From Octopus sinensis (lineage: Eukaryota): a stretch of DNA of 64,000 bases. Made by a program: the position numbers and the translations under genes. Of this stretch, positions 25,280-37,785 are shown piece after piece. The DNA is taken from positions 79,980,001 through 80,044,000 of the forward strand of contig NC_043002.1 in NCBI RefSeq assembly GCF_006345805.1, written 5' to 3'. Positions within the stretch are counted from its first letter, which is position 1; every line of letters starts with the position of its first letter. The notes beneath the pieces were generated by a model, which was not told where the DNA came from, did no database searches, and saw only the letters and a program-made list of their open reading frames with translations.

Positions 25280-25476
25280 ATATATATATATATATGTATG
25301 TGTGTGTATGTATAGGGATAGATATATAGATAGCCGTGTGCATGTGTATAAATATAAATATATATCTACATCTATATCTATATATATATATATCTATATA
25401 TAAAGACTATTCCTCTTTTTGTCTCTCCTATCCCTCAGTATATATGTATGTATGTGTGCTGCATGTGTGTGTGAGC

Positions 25477-25531
<55 letters not shown>

Positions 25532-26089
25532 TGTCAGTATCTGTATCTATATATTGTTATTGTGTTTGAACAGCCAAATTTACCCATCGTTCATGGATTG
25601 ACATTAACTTATTATTATTTCCCCAGCGCAAGATTTTTAAGATTAGAAAATATTGCTAACCTGAAAAATCTTATCCTTAACATTTATCTTAACACGTACC
25701 CTACTACCATTTGTTCAAATCTGGAACATCATATGAATGGCATTTTTTCGTTGTTTTTCTCTTTATATTTTTCATTTTTTTTATATTTTGTAATATCTAG
25801 ATTAAAAATGAAATATCTCATCAGTAGAATTAATTCATGGTTACATGTTCAACTTTGTCACATCCATTCACATGCACATATATACAAACAGAAATACACT
25901 CGCACAGACACACACACGCACACATATAAATAATAACACATATGTATGCATAAAGAGAGAACGAGATCAATATATAGATAGGAAAATCAGACATAATACC
26001 AAATAAGAAAAGATTTGCAAGTAAATGAAACAATTAAAAAAAAATCAAATCATAAATTCTATAAAATATTTGAATATAAAAGGTAGATA

Positions 26090-26258
<169 letters not shown>

Positions 26259-26550
26259 GAAGGCAACCTACACCATCTCATTTTTACTATCTTATTAATG
26301 AAGAACATAAAGCCTGCATGAGATAAACTCGCACAGAGGTATATTAATCCACGGAGATATATATAAATCGCAGTATTAAATCTTGAATCCGATAAAGAAA
26401 TATGGCAGAGGAAATGTATATGGCTTGATTTTTAATTTTGTTTCTACGGAATTATCTATTATTTTTTTAAAATTCTGTTTTGTTTCGAAGATTTTTATTT
26501 GAAATAGAACCATTTTAAACAACATGTTTTAATACACACACACACACACA

Positions 26551-26610
<60 letters not shown>

Positions 26611-27269
26611 CACACAAACATACACACACGCGCACAAATATATATAGATATAGATAGATATAATGTTTTCATATTATATTATATTTAACGCGTTCAATCA
26701 TTTTTATAGTAATCTTGACAACTCAAAGACGTTCGTATTTCCAATCAACCTAAGCATCTCACTACGAAATCTCAAGAATCTGTTATACTTGAACACATAT
26801 ATACAAGACGAACTGCATATCTAAATTTAATACGTAAATTTAATATGTAAAAATGGAAATTGCGTTATTTCTAGAAGTCATGTTTCACAATTATATCTAT
26901 TATTTCAGTAATATTAATTCTTCATTACATAATTTTATGGCATAAGTTTGTGCAACTCTGTGTACCCTACAGGTGTGCAATTTTACCCTTTTTTTTTTCG
27001 TCGCACAACATTGAAATTGCGATATATAAAATGTATCTTATTAGCAGGGTTCTTTCATTATATTACACAAGAATCCTAGAATTTATTTAATGTGTTCGTC
27101 TACAATTGTTTTTATTATCTTTCTCAAAGTTATAAAATTATTTTTGTTTATGAACGTCGCATTCTGATTATAATCAGAATGATAATTATATTGATAATTA
27201 TCAATGCTTACGTATTTAAACTTTGAAACTTTTTTACATTCTTTCAGAAAAATATTATTTTCTTAATCT

Positions 27270-27487
27270 AAGTCGGCGAGCTGGCAGAATCGTTAGCATG
27301 CCGGATAAAATACTTAGTGGCATTACGTCCATCTTCACATTTTACTTCAAATTCAGCCGAGACAGACTTTGCTTTTCATCTTTTCGGGTTCGATAAAATA
27401 AGCACCTGTTGAGGAATGGGGTCGATGTGGTTGACTTGCGCACTCCCCGAAAATTATTGGCCTTGTGCCAAAATCAGGAACTATTAT
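27270..27487 (+). mobile_element. SINE family A
   Basis: gtcggcgagctggcagaatcgttagcatgccgg...cttttcatcttttcgggttcgataaaataagcacc...ggccttgtgccaaaat. Confidence 0.75.
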
Positions 27488-28518
27488 TTGCAGAATTTAT
27501 CAAGATCAAGAAACCCTTCCTTGGCGTGTTCTGATAATACAATCAGGTTGATTTTCATTGACCTCCTTGATTCTATGAACTCGCATATCGCAAAATATTA
27601 TCACTCTATCATTCTTTGGAACGTTATTTTTTTATGTTAGTCAGTACCATCTCTATGAGGTGCATAAGTCATAATACTTGCGATATTTCCTCTGTACGAA
27701 AGCTCTAACTTCGTTTTGCCTACATGTATCTTCTCTTTTAGTTAGACGTGATAACTAGAAATATGTGATTCTGATGTTAAGAAGGCTTTGTTTTTAAACC
27801 GTGGTTAAAAACTATTTGTTCTAACCTTTTAAAACCTAATCTTCCCGTTCAGTACTGAGTTTTTCTTATATCCAGTTCAAATGTGTTTAATCTTCTCAGG
27901 GCTGTATTAATTTTCATATTTTCATTATTGAGGTCATTGTGGATTCAGAGATAGCAAAATTTTCTAATTTGATTTCAATGTTTTCCATGTCTTCGTATGT
28001 TTAAGCGTGGTATACTCTCTATTTATCATGAACTGTAGAAGTACGACAGATGGAATAAGAAAACACTTCCTGGATAGAGTGAAACGGACGAAAGTATCGA
28101 ACACGCTCTTTGAAATTGTTCACTACTTGCATTATCCTGATTCTAACGTTGCTAAGATGCTGCTGCGTTGTGCAGAATGAAAAGAACTGCCCTACAAATA
28201 CAGAGTAAAACTGGTTGCGCTGCCTTCCTCTAACAAGCAAAGTTATACAACACGCAAAATACTACCTGCAGTCAAGATACACCGACTAGCGTTCGATTAT
28301 GTATAGAGAACGTGCAATAAAATAACAGTTGTGTAAATAGAAATGTTAACTACGTTTGTAAAAAGAGAAACTAATAATACCTGCAACAACGCAATTCTCA
28401 CAAGAAATTTGAATAGGGTTTCGAATTCTAAATTCTAAACCTAAACTAAATGTACCGAAAGTAGATACGTTAGCCATGGTAAGCAATCATTAATGAATGT
28501 TTAATATTTCTGCCTACA

Positions 28519-28726
28519 AAGGCGGTGAGCTGGCGGAATCGCTACCGTTCAGTGAAAAATGCTCAACAGCATCTCTTCCGACTTTACATTCCGAGTTCGA
28601 AAGCCGCCGCTGTCAAATTTACCTTTTGGCCATTCGGGGTCGATAAAATAAGTACCAGTTGAATACTGGGGTCGATTTAATCGACTTACGCCGTCACCAG
28701 AAATTGCTGGCCGTGTACCAAAATTC
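28519..28726 (+). mobile_element. SINE family A
   Basis: aaggcggtgagctggcggaatcg...ggggtcgataaaataagtaccagttgaatactggggtcgatttaatcgact. Confidence 0.75.
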
Positions 28727-29224
28727 TGCCCACTTGATCCCGAATTCAATCCGAATGTAGAAATCTGAGCAATGCCCTTCATGATAGAAGAGTAGGATTT
28801 TTTTTTTTAATTGATGTATTGAAACGTGCATCCACATTTCATACAATATCACAAATATCGTTGTCATCGTGCATTGTTTGTGACATATGAACTGGTAGAG
28901 TTAAATGGTGTTTGAAGAATGTGGTCAATATCCGCATTATACTTAGCATAATTGCAGTTATACAAAACCACTTGTGTATATGTACTGACAGATTAAGGAC
29001 AAAATTGAGCATGCTCACAAAACAGAAATATTAGGATCTGTAAATGTTTTGGGGGTATTCGCACCTTTCTGTTAATGAGATTGAAAAATTCATGCATTTT
29101 TTACATGTACCTAATTGGTTTCGAAGAAAGGAAGCATGTTTTTCGAACCATGGATAACATAGACAACAATCTCTATATAATGGATTCAAATTCTGGCACA
29201 AAGTCGTCAGTTTCGCGAAGTGTA

Positions 29225-29400
29225 AGTCGATTTCATCAACTATGGTGCTCAAATGGTACGTATTTCAACAATCTCGAAATGATGAAAGGCTAAGGCGATC
29301 TCGGTGGAATTTGATTGCAGGAAGTAATGACGGACGAAACGCACCTAAGCATTTTGCCGGATGCGGTAACGATTTTGCCGGATACGGTAACGATTTTGCC
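29225..29400 (-). mobile_element. SINE family A, diverged, with a 21-bp tandem reiteration at its head
   Basis: gatgaaaggctaaggcgatctcggtggaatttga...ctaagcattttgccgg. The unit attttgccggat(g/a)cggtaacg occurs 2.4 times at 29351-29400. Confidence 0.65.
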
Positions 29401-29476
29401 ACACACACACAAAACAAACAAACACACACACACACACAAGTATATATATGTTCATATATGTATAAATACACACACG

Positions 29477-29511
<35 letters not shown>

Positions 29512-29606
29512 GTATGTATTTATACATATATGAAGATATGAAGATATATATATATATACATTTATACATACATGAATATATGTATAAATACATATATATA
29601 TATTTA

Positions 29607-29943
29607 GGAGTGGCTGTGTGGTAAGTAGTTTGCTTACCAACTACATGGTTCTGGGATCAGTCCCACTGCGTGGTACCTTGGGCAAATGTCTTCTGCTATA
29701 GACTCGGCCCGACCAAATCCTTGTGAGTGGATTTGGTATACGGAAACTGGAAGAAGCCCGTCGTATATATATATATATAATATATATATATAATATATGT
29801 GTCTGTGTGTGTATGTGTATGTTTGTGTGTCTGTGTTTGTCCCTTCAGCATCGGTTGACAACCGCTGCTGGTGTGTTTACGTCCTCGTTATCTAGCGGTT
29901 CGGCAAGAGGAACCGATAAAATAAATACGAGGCTTACAAAGAT
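29607..29943 (+). mobile_element. SINE family B (tRNA head, internal TA/TG microsatellite)
   Basis: ggagtggctgtgtggtaagtag...tcagtcccactgcgtggtaccttgggcaa...gaaactggaagaagcccgtcg...ttgacaaccgctgctggtgtgtttacgtcc. Confidence 0.85.
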
Positions 29944-30229
29944 AGAGGGTTACAGATAGATCGAACATAAATGATGTAGGATGAGTGCACATAAGATGCA
30001 TAGTAACAAAAAGGGGAGGAGGAGGGAGAATTAATGAGTAATTAGAGGAGTTATACAAGCGAGAAATTTGTTTTATTCAGTTATATTTTAAATTAATATT
30101 TTTTCTGGTAATTAGTATCCAATCTATCATCTTGTATGCGCACCAAATAATTTAATAAAGTGAAATTAGAATTATTGCATGTATGCCATAATCATTGATG
30201 GTAGCAAAAATATACTTACAAAGTTACCG

Positions 30230-30719
30230 AGTTACCGTCATACGCTCCCAAAAACTATGAGTCCTTATTTCGTAAGAACAAAATCTTTGTAACAAATATT
30301 CAGAATGCTTACAAAGACTGATAACAAAATAAAAAAAAACATACATAACAGTGATTGTAACACCAGCATCCACTAAAGTACAAGAATATTGAACTTCTGC
30401 AACAGCATACAATGAACGCTGTTGCACAAGAATATTCTGATAAACAGACCAGAATAAACAAGTAAATGGCTGGTAAAAAAGCAAAACATTAATTGCCAAA
30501 AGGGAAAAACACATGAGATCTCAGAACCAAGGATATATAACTTGTTTTATAGGAACATACAGAGAGCGCTGACATCTATTCGCTATAAGAACCTGGTTGC
30601 TCAGCTACAAAGTAATAACATCTTACCAGAGGAAGAGAAGGAATATATAGTTGTAAAGAGCATCTAACAGTGAGTCGAGTAATCGTTGAAAAGACTGAGA
30701 AGGGAGAGAAAGAGAGATT

Positions 30720-30752
<33 letters not shown>

Positions 30753-31080
30753 CAGAGGAAAAAACAAAGAGACAAAAATATAAAAGATAAAACACAAAAT
30801 AGCATTGCATGGATCGATTACCGAAAAAAGAGTTGATAGCTTACTACACTCTTGAGATACCCAATATAAATAAAGCAGCGCCAATATTAACATAGTATAT
30901 CAACCATGCCATGTCAAAATGGAAAACAACTATATTACTGCAAGGCAAATATATGATTAAAAACTCAACTTGCATCATTATGTGAGGGAAGATTCTTTCA
31001 GGGATATTCCTAATTTCCTTTTCTCCCCTGTATAGTATCGAGTCCATTAGCAAATTTGATGAATATATCCACCATTGATT
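30230..31080 (+). pseudogene. Heavily decayed RT of an R4/Dong-like (restriction-like endonuclease) non-LTR element
   Basis: Ordered motifs NKIFVTN, KTLIAKREKHMRSQNQGYITCF (cf. TxLIPK...NYRPITCL), NNILPEEEK (cf. LPEEQKG), AWIDYRK, MSKWKTTILL, GKILSGIFLISFSPL (cf. GIFQGDSLSPL). Interrupted by (GA)n. Confidence 0.65.
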
Positions 31081-31914
31081 AAAAACAGAGCCAGCAGCTA
31101 GAACTCACCCAAATGACTCTCTACTGTTAAAAGAAAAGTGAGGTTGAACGAAATCGACAATGTAGTCCTAAATACATGAAGTCTCAGCAGGAATGACTCT
31201 CACAACAGATCAGGGTTGAATGAAACCTGAAATTAAACGACAATATTCTGTATCAGTAATTCCTAACGATTTTTTACCTGTGGACCCCGTTGATTTCTAT
31301 TTTCCTCGAGTGAAATCTCATAGTCATTCGGTGTTTAAAAAAATCCTATTATATTTTTACGATTGAATATTATTAAGAATTGTATAAAAATAGTTATAAT
31401 TTTTGTATTGGATGAGTTTATTGCACATAAATAGTAACAAAACATTTTATGCCCCGGTTCAGAAACCCTGCTCTGTATGAATGATTTTAAACTCTTTTAA
31501 ACTCTTTTCAAAAAAACATTACTCAGCTGGAGAACCGAATATAGTCAAGGTATAAAAATGAGTAAAGCTCCAATAAGAGAAAGAAAACTGAGAACGTGAG
31601 GTTATACATTGAAATGACAAAATTTGGACTTCACACAGACGACTAATTGTTAGAGTCGTTAGAATTTTGGAAATGATGCTTCAAGGAGATTGTTCTGACT
31701 CACATCGCTTTGATGACTCCGAGGTCAACTTTGCTTCTCATCCTTTCGAGGCTCATAAAAGCATACTAATATAAAGTGGTGGATTAGTAGAGCTGTAAGA
31801 ACGTCGAGCCAAGGCTTTTTCAGCATTAGTTCCAGGCTTTTGCAGTGTGAGTTCACATCCTGCTGTGACCTATTTGGGTGATAAACTTAATTCGTCTCCC
31901 AGTTTAACACCACA

Positions 31915-32412
31915 GCTACCACATATATTGTTTATAGTAATAGAAAGTCCTAAACAAGGCTTGAAACAACTTAGTGTAAGGGACTACAAAAGAGAAGTTA
32001 TGACAAAACAATGAGTTAACGTTAGAATTGAAAGAATTCAGGTCATAAGAAGGGGGAAAAAAGTGGAACAGAAGAGAGCTCCAAAGTCTGGCTGTTTGAT
32101 GAAAAAAGCTACAACTAAAAGAAGACTTCCTTATTTGTAGAAGTACAACAGCATTTGGATGAAGATGCTGTGGATTTCGATTCAAGCGAGAATCCACTTA
32201 GTGTAAGGGACTATGGAGTAGGAATAATGAAGATAAAAGAAATGAATTTACTTTAGAATTGAAAGAGCTCGGGCCATAAGAAGAAATAAAACAATGATAT
32301 GGAAGAGAGTTCAAAAGTTTGATGAAAAAAAGCTACAAATTAAGATTTCCTCATTTGTGAAAGCACAACAGCATTTGGATAAAGATGCTGAGGGTTTCGA
32401 GTCAGGCGAGAT
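31915..32412 (-). mobile_element. Two tandem 3' ends of a CR1/L2/Jockey-type LINE (period 227 bp)
   Basis: Peptide HPNAVV...SFSCSFFHQTARLWSSLLFHFFPPSYDLNSFNSNVN resembles the SFFPRTxxLWNSLP...F KxxVN C-terminus. cttagtgtaagggacta occurs at 31970 and 32197. Confidence 0.7.
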
Positions 32413-32684
32413 AACGCAAAGTGACGTGGTACATTTAGGACTTTCATGGTAATTTATTCGTGAATATATATATTTCCGGTCAGGTCTCAGGTTTTAGGAT
32501 ACCTCTCTGCTGCTGACCAATCTTGGAAGCGCTGTGAAAAGGGATACAAACAATGCCCTGTTAAAAGATTAAAACAAAATATAAGCATTTACGCACATAA
32601 GCAAAACAGAAGAAAATATTGTACGCGTTAACGGGTTATGGCCGTAGTCTAATGACTGAAACAAGTAGATAACAGAATATGTAT

Positions 32685-32815
32685 TTATGTATGTATGTAT
32701 GTATGTATGTATGTATGTATGTATGTATGTATGTATGTATGCATGCATGCATGCATGTATGTATGTATGTATGTATGTATGTATGTATGTATGTAGGTAG
32801 GTAGGTAGGTAGATA
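32685..32815 (+). repeat. (ATGT)n/(ATGC)n/(AGGT)n microsatellite
   Basis: Direct inspection. Confidence 0.95.
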
Positions 32816-33537
32816 GGTACGTGTAAGTAGGTATATATGTATATATGTTTCTATATGTGTCTATGTGTCTGTGTGTATCTGCACGTACATAAGTTTGCCT
32901 CCTCAATTATGGGATTGGTTTGGTACTTACTTATTTTGCCGATTCCACTGAGATGAAAGATAAATTCTGACCAGGCGGTATTTAAACTTCAAAACCGACG
33001 GGCTCCGGAATGGTGGAGAGCCACAATTAAACACCACTCCCTTGTTTACAAATGAAAACCCTATCACTCACAAATCTACAATTTCCGTTTTCAATCGATC
33101 GATCCGTCAGTTCGACCATGCATACATCCAACCAACCATGCAGCCGTAGTTGTGTGTGTGTATGTGTGTATGCGTATGTGTGTATGTGAGTATGATGTGT
33201 GTGTGTATTTATGTATGTATGTGTGCGTATGTGTGTGTGTGTGCTTGTGAATTTATGGATATACATAGAATACATAATATCGTAGTGTGTATATATATAG
33301 TATAATGTATTTTATTCTTGCACACACACACACACACACACATGTATATATATAGAGAGAGATTCAGTCTATATAACCGGCCGACTATTTAACCGTTTTA
33401 TCAGTCTCATCAGAGGTGTGTATGTGTGTGTGTATGTGTGTGTGTATGTGTGTCGTGTTTGTCTAATACTAAAACAAATAATAGACAAAAACTACATAAG
33501 CACACATAGACACAGACACAGACACACACACATATGC

Positions 33538-33575
<38 letters not shown>

Positions 33576-33650
33576 ATATATATGCATACACAAACACACA
33601 CACTCACATACACATATACATACACACACATACATACATACATACATACA

Positions 33651-33686
<36 letters not shown>

Positions 33687-33858
33687 TATATATCTGCGTG
33701 TGTATGTTTGTGTGTGTTAGTCTGTGTGTTTGTGTGTATGTGTCTGGTCTATGTATGTTTGTTTACGTATGTGTTCATATCGTTTGCTGAACCAATTTAC
33801 TGCGATAGATACGATCCACTAAAAATCTTGATCGGGGTGCCCCAGCATGACCGCCGTC

Positions 33859-33905
<47 letters not shown>

Positions 33906-34413
33906 GAGGACAGATACTCCAACAGTACAAAGAATCTAAGGAAATATTCCTCTATCTACAAAGCATACACAAGTACATCTGTGGTGTAGATACAATCGTT
34001 ATGTGCACTTAAAACGGAGAACCACACACCAGTATGTAACACACACATATACAAAGAAACATACATACAACAACACAAGCACATATACCAACATACAAAA
34101 CACCAGTTCGCAGACACACTGTTACTCACAAGTACATGCACACAGACTCATCGGTTTGTGTTTTGTTTTTATTTTATTTTATTTTATTTGAAATGTATAT
34201 ATTTTATTGTTAGTTTTTTTTTTCTTCTTCATGTGCACACATGCACCCAGACGAACATCTAAAGTGATTTAGCAGTTTATTGTTAACGATCGATTCTATA
34301 TATTTGTCTCTGTGAAATCCTTGTTGTTCATTTAGTTGTTGTGTGCGTGACTACACAATCACTCACGCACACACTCACACACACATATATGCATCCATAC
34401 GATGTATATGTAC

Positions 34414-34452
<39 letters not shown>

Positions 34453-34458
34453 CATACA

Positions 34459-34533
<75 letters not shown>

Positions 34534-35037
34534 GTATATATATGCACACACACATGTATGCATCTTTACATACATAATGCTATAAACATAGACATACGGA
34601 TATATATATATATTATATATATGTGAGTGTGTGTGTGAGTGTGTACACACACGTATATGACTGTATGCATGTCTATACACATCTGTGTATGTGTATAAAT
34701 GCGTGAGTGTATGTCATATTATCTAAGCCCATTCATCATAATAGCAAATGATTACAAAGCAATCATTGTTTCCTTTCATCTATATAATTTTTTTTTTTAT
34801 TTTCTTTTTTACATTTAGCGGGGTTTCTTTCTTTTTTTTCTATTTTACTTTTTATGTTTTCTCTCTGTCTTTTGCAATATATTCATTGGATTTACATTTT
34901 ATTTACTTATTTTTGCTTATTTGCAAGAGAGAAGAAAAGAGGAAGGAAGAAAATGAGGAAAGTAAAAACAAAAAAAAACAAGAAAAGAAAAGAAGGAAGG
35001 ATGTGAGGAAAGTGAATTACAATTTGAAGTATATACA

Positions 35038-35094
<57 letters not shown>

Positions 35095-35265
35095 AATGTA
35101 TGTATGTATATATGTATGTATACATATATGTATATATCAAATATATGTATATATAAATTATATGTATATATAGATATATACATTATATATATATAGCTGT
35201 TAAATGAACGACTATCAAACTGAAATAAAATTATCTATATATTCGTCGGTATATGAACACCTACG

Positions 35266-35319
<54 letters not shown>

Positions 35320-35663
35320 ATTGTGTGTTGTGTGTGTGTGTTGTGTGTGTGTGTGTGTGTATAGTAAAATGTGGGTACGTGTGTGAGTGTGTGTAGTAAT
35401 ACGTTTACTTGCATACGCGAGAACCTATATATATATATATATATATATACACTCCTTACCTCTCATACACATACACACAAAGTACACAAACATTTGTACT
35501 TTGCAGTTCATAAAAATCCTCATAAAAATGTAATACATGAAAAACAGGGAGAATAAAATGTCAGCCTGTGTATATATGTGTGTGCGTGTGTCTGTATGAC
35601 GACAAGAATAATCAAATATATATTAGATATTTCAATATATATATATATAATATATATATATAT

Positions 35664-35697
<34 letters not shown>

Positions 35698-35733
35698 ACA
35701 CATATATTTATTCATGACTAGATGTGTGTGTAT

Positions 35734-35781
<48 letters not shown>

Positions 35782-35891
35782 ATGTAATTCTTATACGACA
35801 ATAAACATTATACAAAAAGGAAATAAAAGCAAAAATAACCAAGTAACCGAAATTATAAATTACAAATTCCAAAACACACCAAAAAGCAAAG

Positions 35892-35958
<67 letters not shown>

Positions 35959-36204
35959 TAATATTAATAATAATAATAATAAATACAATGAAACTACCAA
36001 AAAAACCAAAATAATAGAATTCCAAGAGTGTTAAAGCAATGAGTAGGAATCAATAGATTGTTTTCGTTTGAAATATTTATAACCTATGTTAATAGGTTTA
36101 TCAACGACTGTTGTAAAATTGGTGTTCGTCGCGGAGAGAGAAGATGGATATAGTTCGTAGCGGAGACGGGGTAGGAAAGAAGAATGCTAGATATAAATGT
36201 AGAT

Positions 36205-36580
36205 TGGGCGGGGTAGGAAAGTTCATGGATGACCAGAAAAATGGAAGATTATCGAATATACTATCGGTAGTTGTGGAAGTGAATGTGGTGCGGTTTTACG
36301 TTGTTGCTTGTGATGAATTCTATATGTGGTACTGTTTTTTTTTTTTTTTTTTTTTGCTTTGTCCTTGTGGTGCTGGTTGCGAAGAGAGAAGAGGGATAAA
36401 GTTTGTGTTGGAGACAGAGGGAGAGAGGAATAATGATGGATATGAATGAAAACTGGGCGGGGTAGAAAAGTCATGGATGTCCAGAAAAATGGAAGGTTAT
36501 CGAATATAGTATCTATGGTTGTAGTGGTGATTGTGGTGTGGCTCACGTTGTTGCTTGTAATGAATTCTATATGTGGCACT
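36205..36580 (+). repeat. Diverged direct duplication (~128-bp block, period 249 bp)
   Basis: tgggcggggtag.aaag.tcatggatg.ccagaaaaatggaag.ttatcgaatata...gttgttgcttgt.atgaattctatatgtgg at 36205 and 36454. Confidence 0.8.
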
Positions 36581-37139
36581 CTTCCTTTGGCTCCTTGTGG
36601 CTGTCATTATTTTTCTTGTTTTTGCTTTTTGATATGGTAGTAATGACTTGTGACACTGTTGGTGCTCAATGTGGTGATGGTGATATTAGTAATAGAGATG
36701 ATGGCGGCGATCTCTTTGTTATGGTGGTGTAGTAGCCTTAACTACCGTCGGTCGATGATGGTGGTGGTAAGGTTGTTTGCAAATTGTTTCCGTCGATGTT
36801 TCGGAAAAATGATGACTACTACGACGACGATGGTGGTAATCATGCCTATGATGATGAAGGAATGGAGGATGACGGATAGAGTAATGTTAAGGAGTATGTA
36901 ACAGAGTAAAATGGTGACAGTGGTTAAAATGCTGGTTTTGAAGTCTGTGTTCGCATTACCTCTTCGGCCACCTTAAACTATTGTAAATTTCTATAAATGC
37001 CAACTTACAAGTGGATGTCTCGCATTGCGATTTTTACAGATAAAACATTGGCCCTGTTGGTGCCATTTACATACTTAGTCATTATATTTTGTAGTAAGGG
37101 CACTGAATGAGCGGGGAAGATGCGAGACGACCATCAAAA

Positions 37140-37785
37140 TAGCCGTGAAAAAGTTTCGACCACCTCACATAAAGCAATCAAGATACAATGTTTTAAAACA
37201 GAAAATTGTATATAATGAAAATTTATTACATAATGTTCATTTCAAGAAGTTACTGTACATTGTTAATATTTCGTGTGGCTTCCCTTAGCTTGAATAATTA
37301 TTTCAATGCGTCTGAGAAGTGATGCGTACAAATCCTTTACCATCTACACAGGTATGAGATACTATTCTCTATGGCTGAGCTCCCACAACTCTTCGACATT
37401 ATGTGGATTCTTCTGTGGAACTCTTCTCTTTAGTTCTGTCCACATTTGCTCGAAGATATTTAAGTTAGGGCTCTGAGCTACCCAATCCTTCAATACGGTA
37501 ACACCTTCATCAACTAGACTCTGTTGTGTTGCGCGTGATCTGTAGCATGGAGCTCCGTCATGCTGAAAAATCTCATATTCAGACAACTCTCGTATCAAAT
37601 TGTCCTTCAGCAACTGGATGTATTTGGCACTATTCAGGTTACCGTCAATTTTAACCAACTTTCTTGAACCGTCACTTTTTATGCAACCCCAAAGCATCAG
37701 GCTCTTATCCCCAAACTCCACTGTTTTCGATGGAGACCTGACACATTCTCGCTTATTAGAAAGCGAAACGCTAGTTAACATCTAA
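37140..37785 (-). mobile_element. 3' half of a Tc1-like transposon with DD35E spacing
   Basis: SLMLWGCI...IFQHDGAPCYRSRAT...VLKDWVAQSPNLNIFEQMW (35 residues D to E), C-terminus LYASLLRRIEIIIQAKGSHTKY* (stop 37263-37265), TIR-like agccgtgaaaaagtttcgaccacc at ~37141. Confidence 0.85.

Noticed and set aside
27520-28000. Possible L1-type ORF1 remnant on the minus strand (RVHRIKE...PDCII, coiled-coil-like stretch)
   Set aside because: Only two weak words across many stops; not supportable without a profile search.
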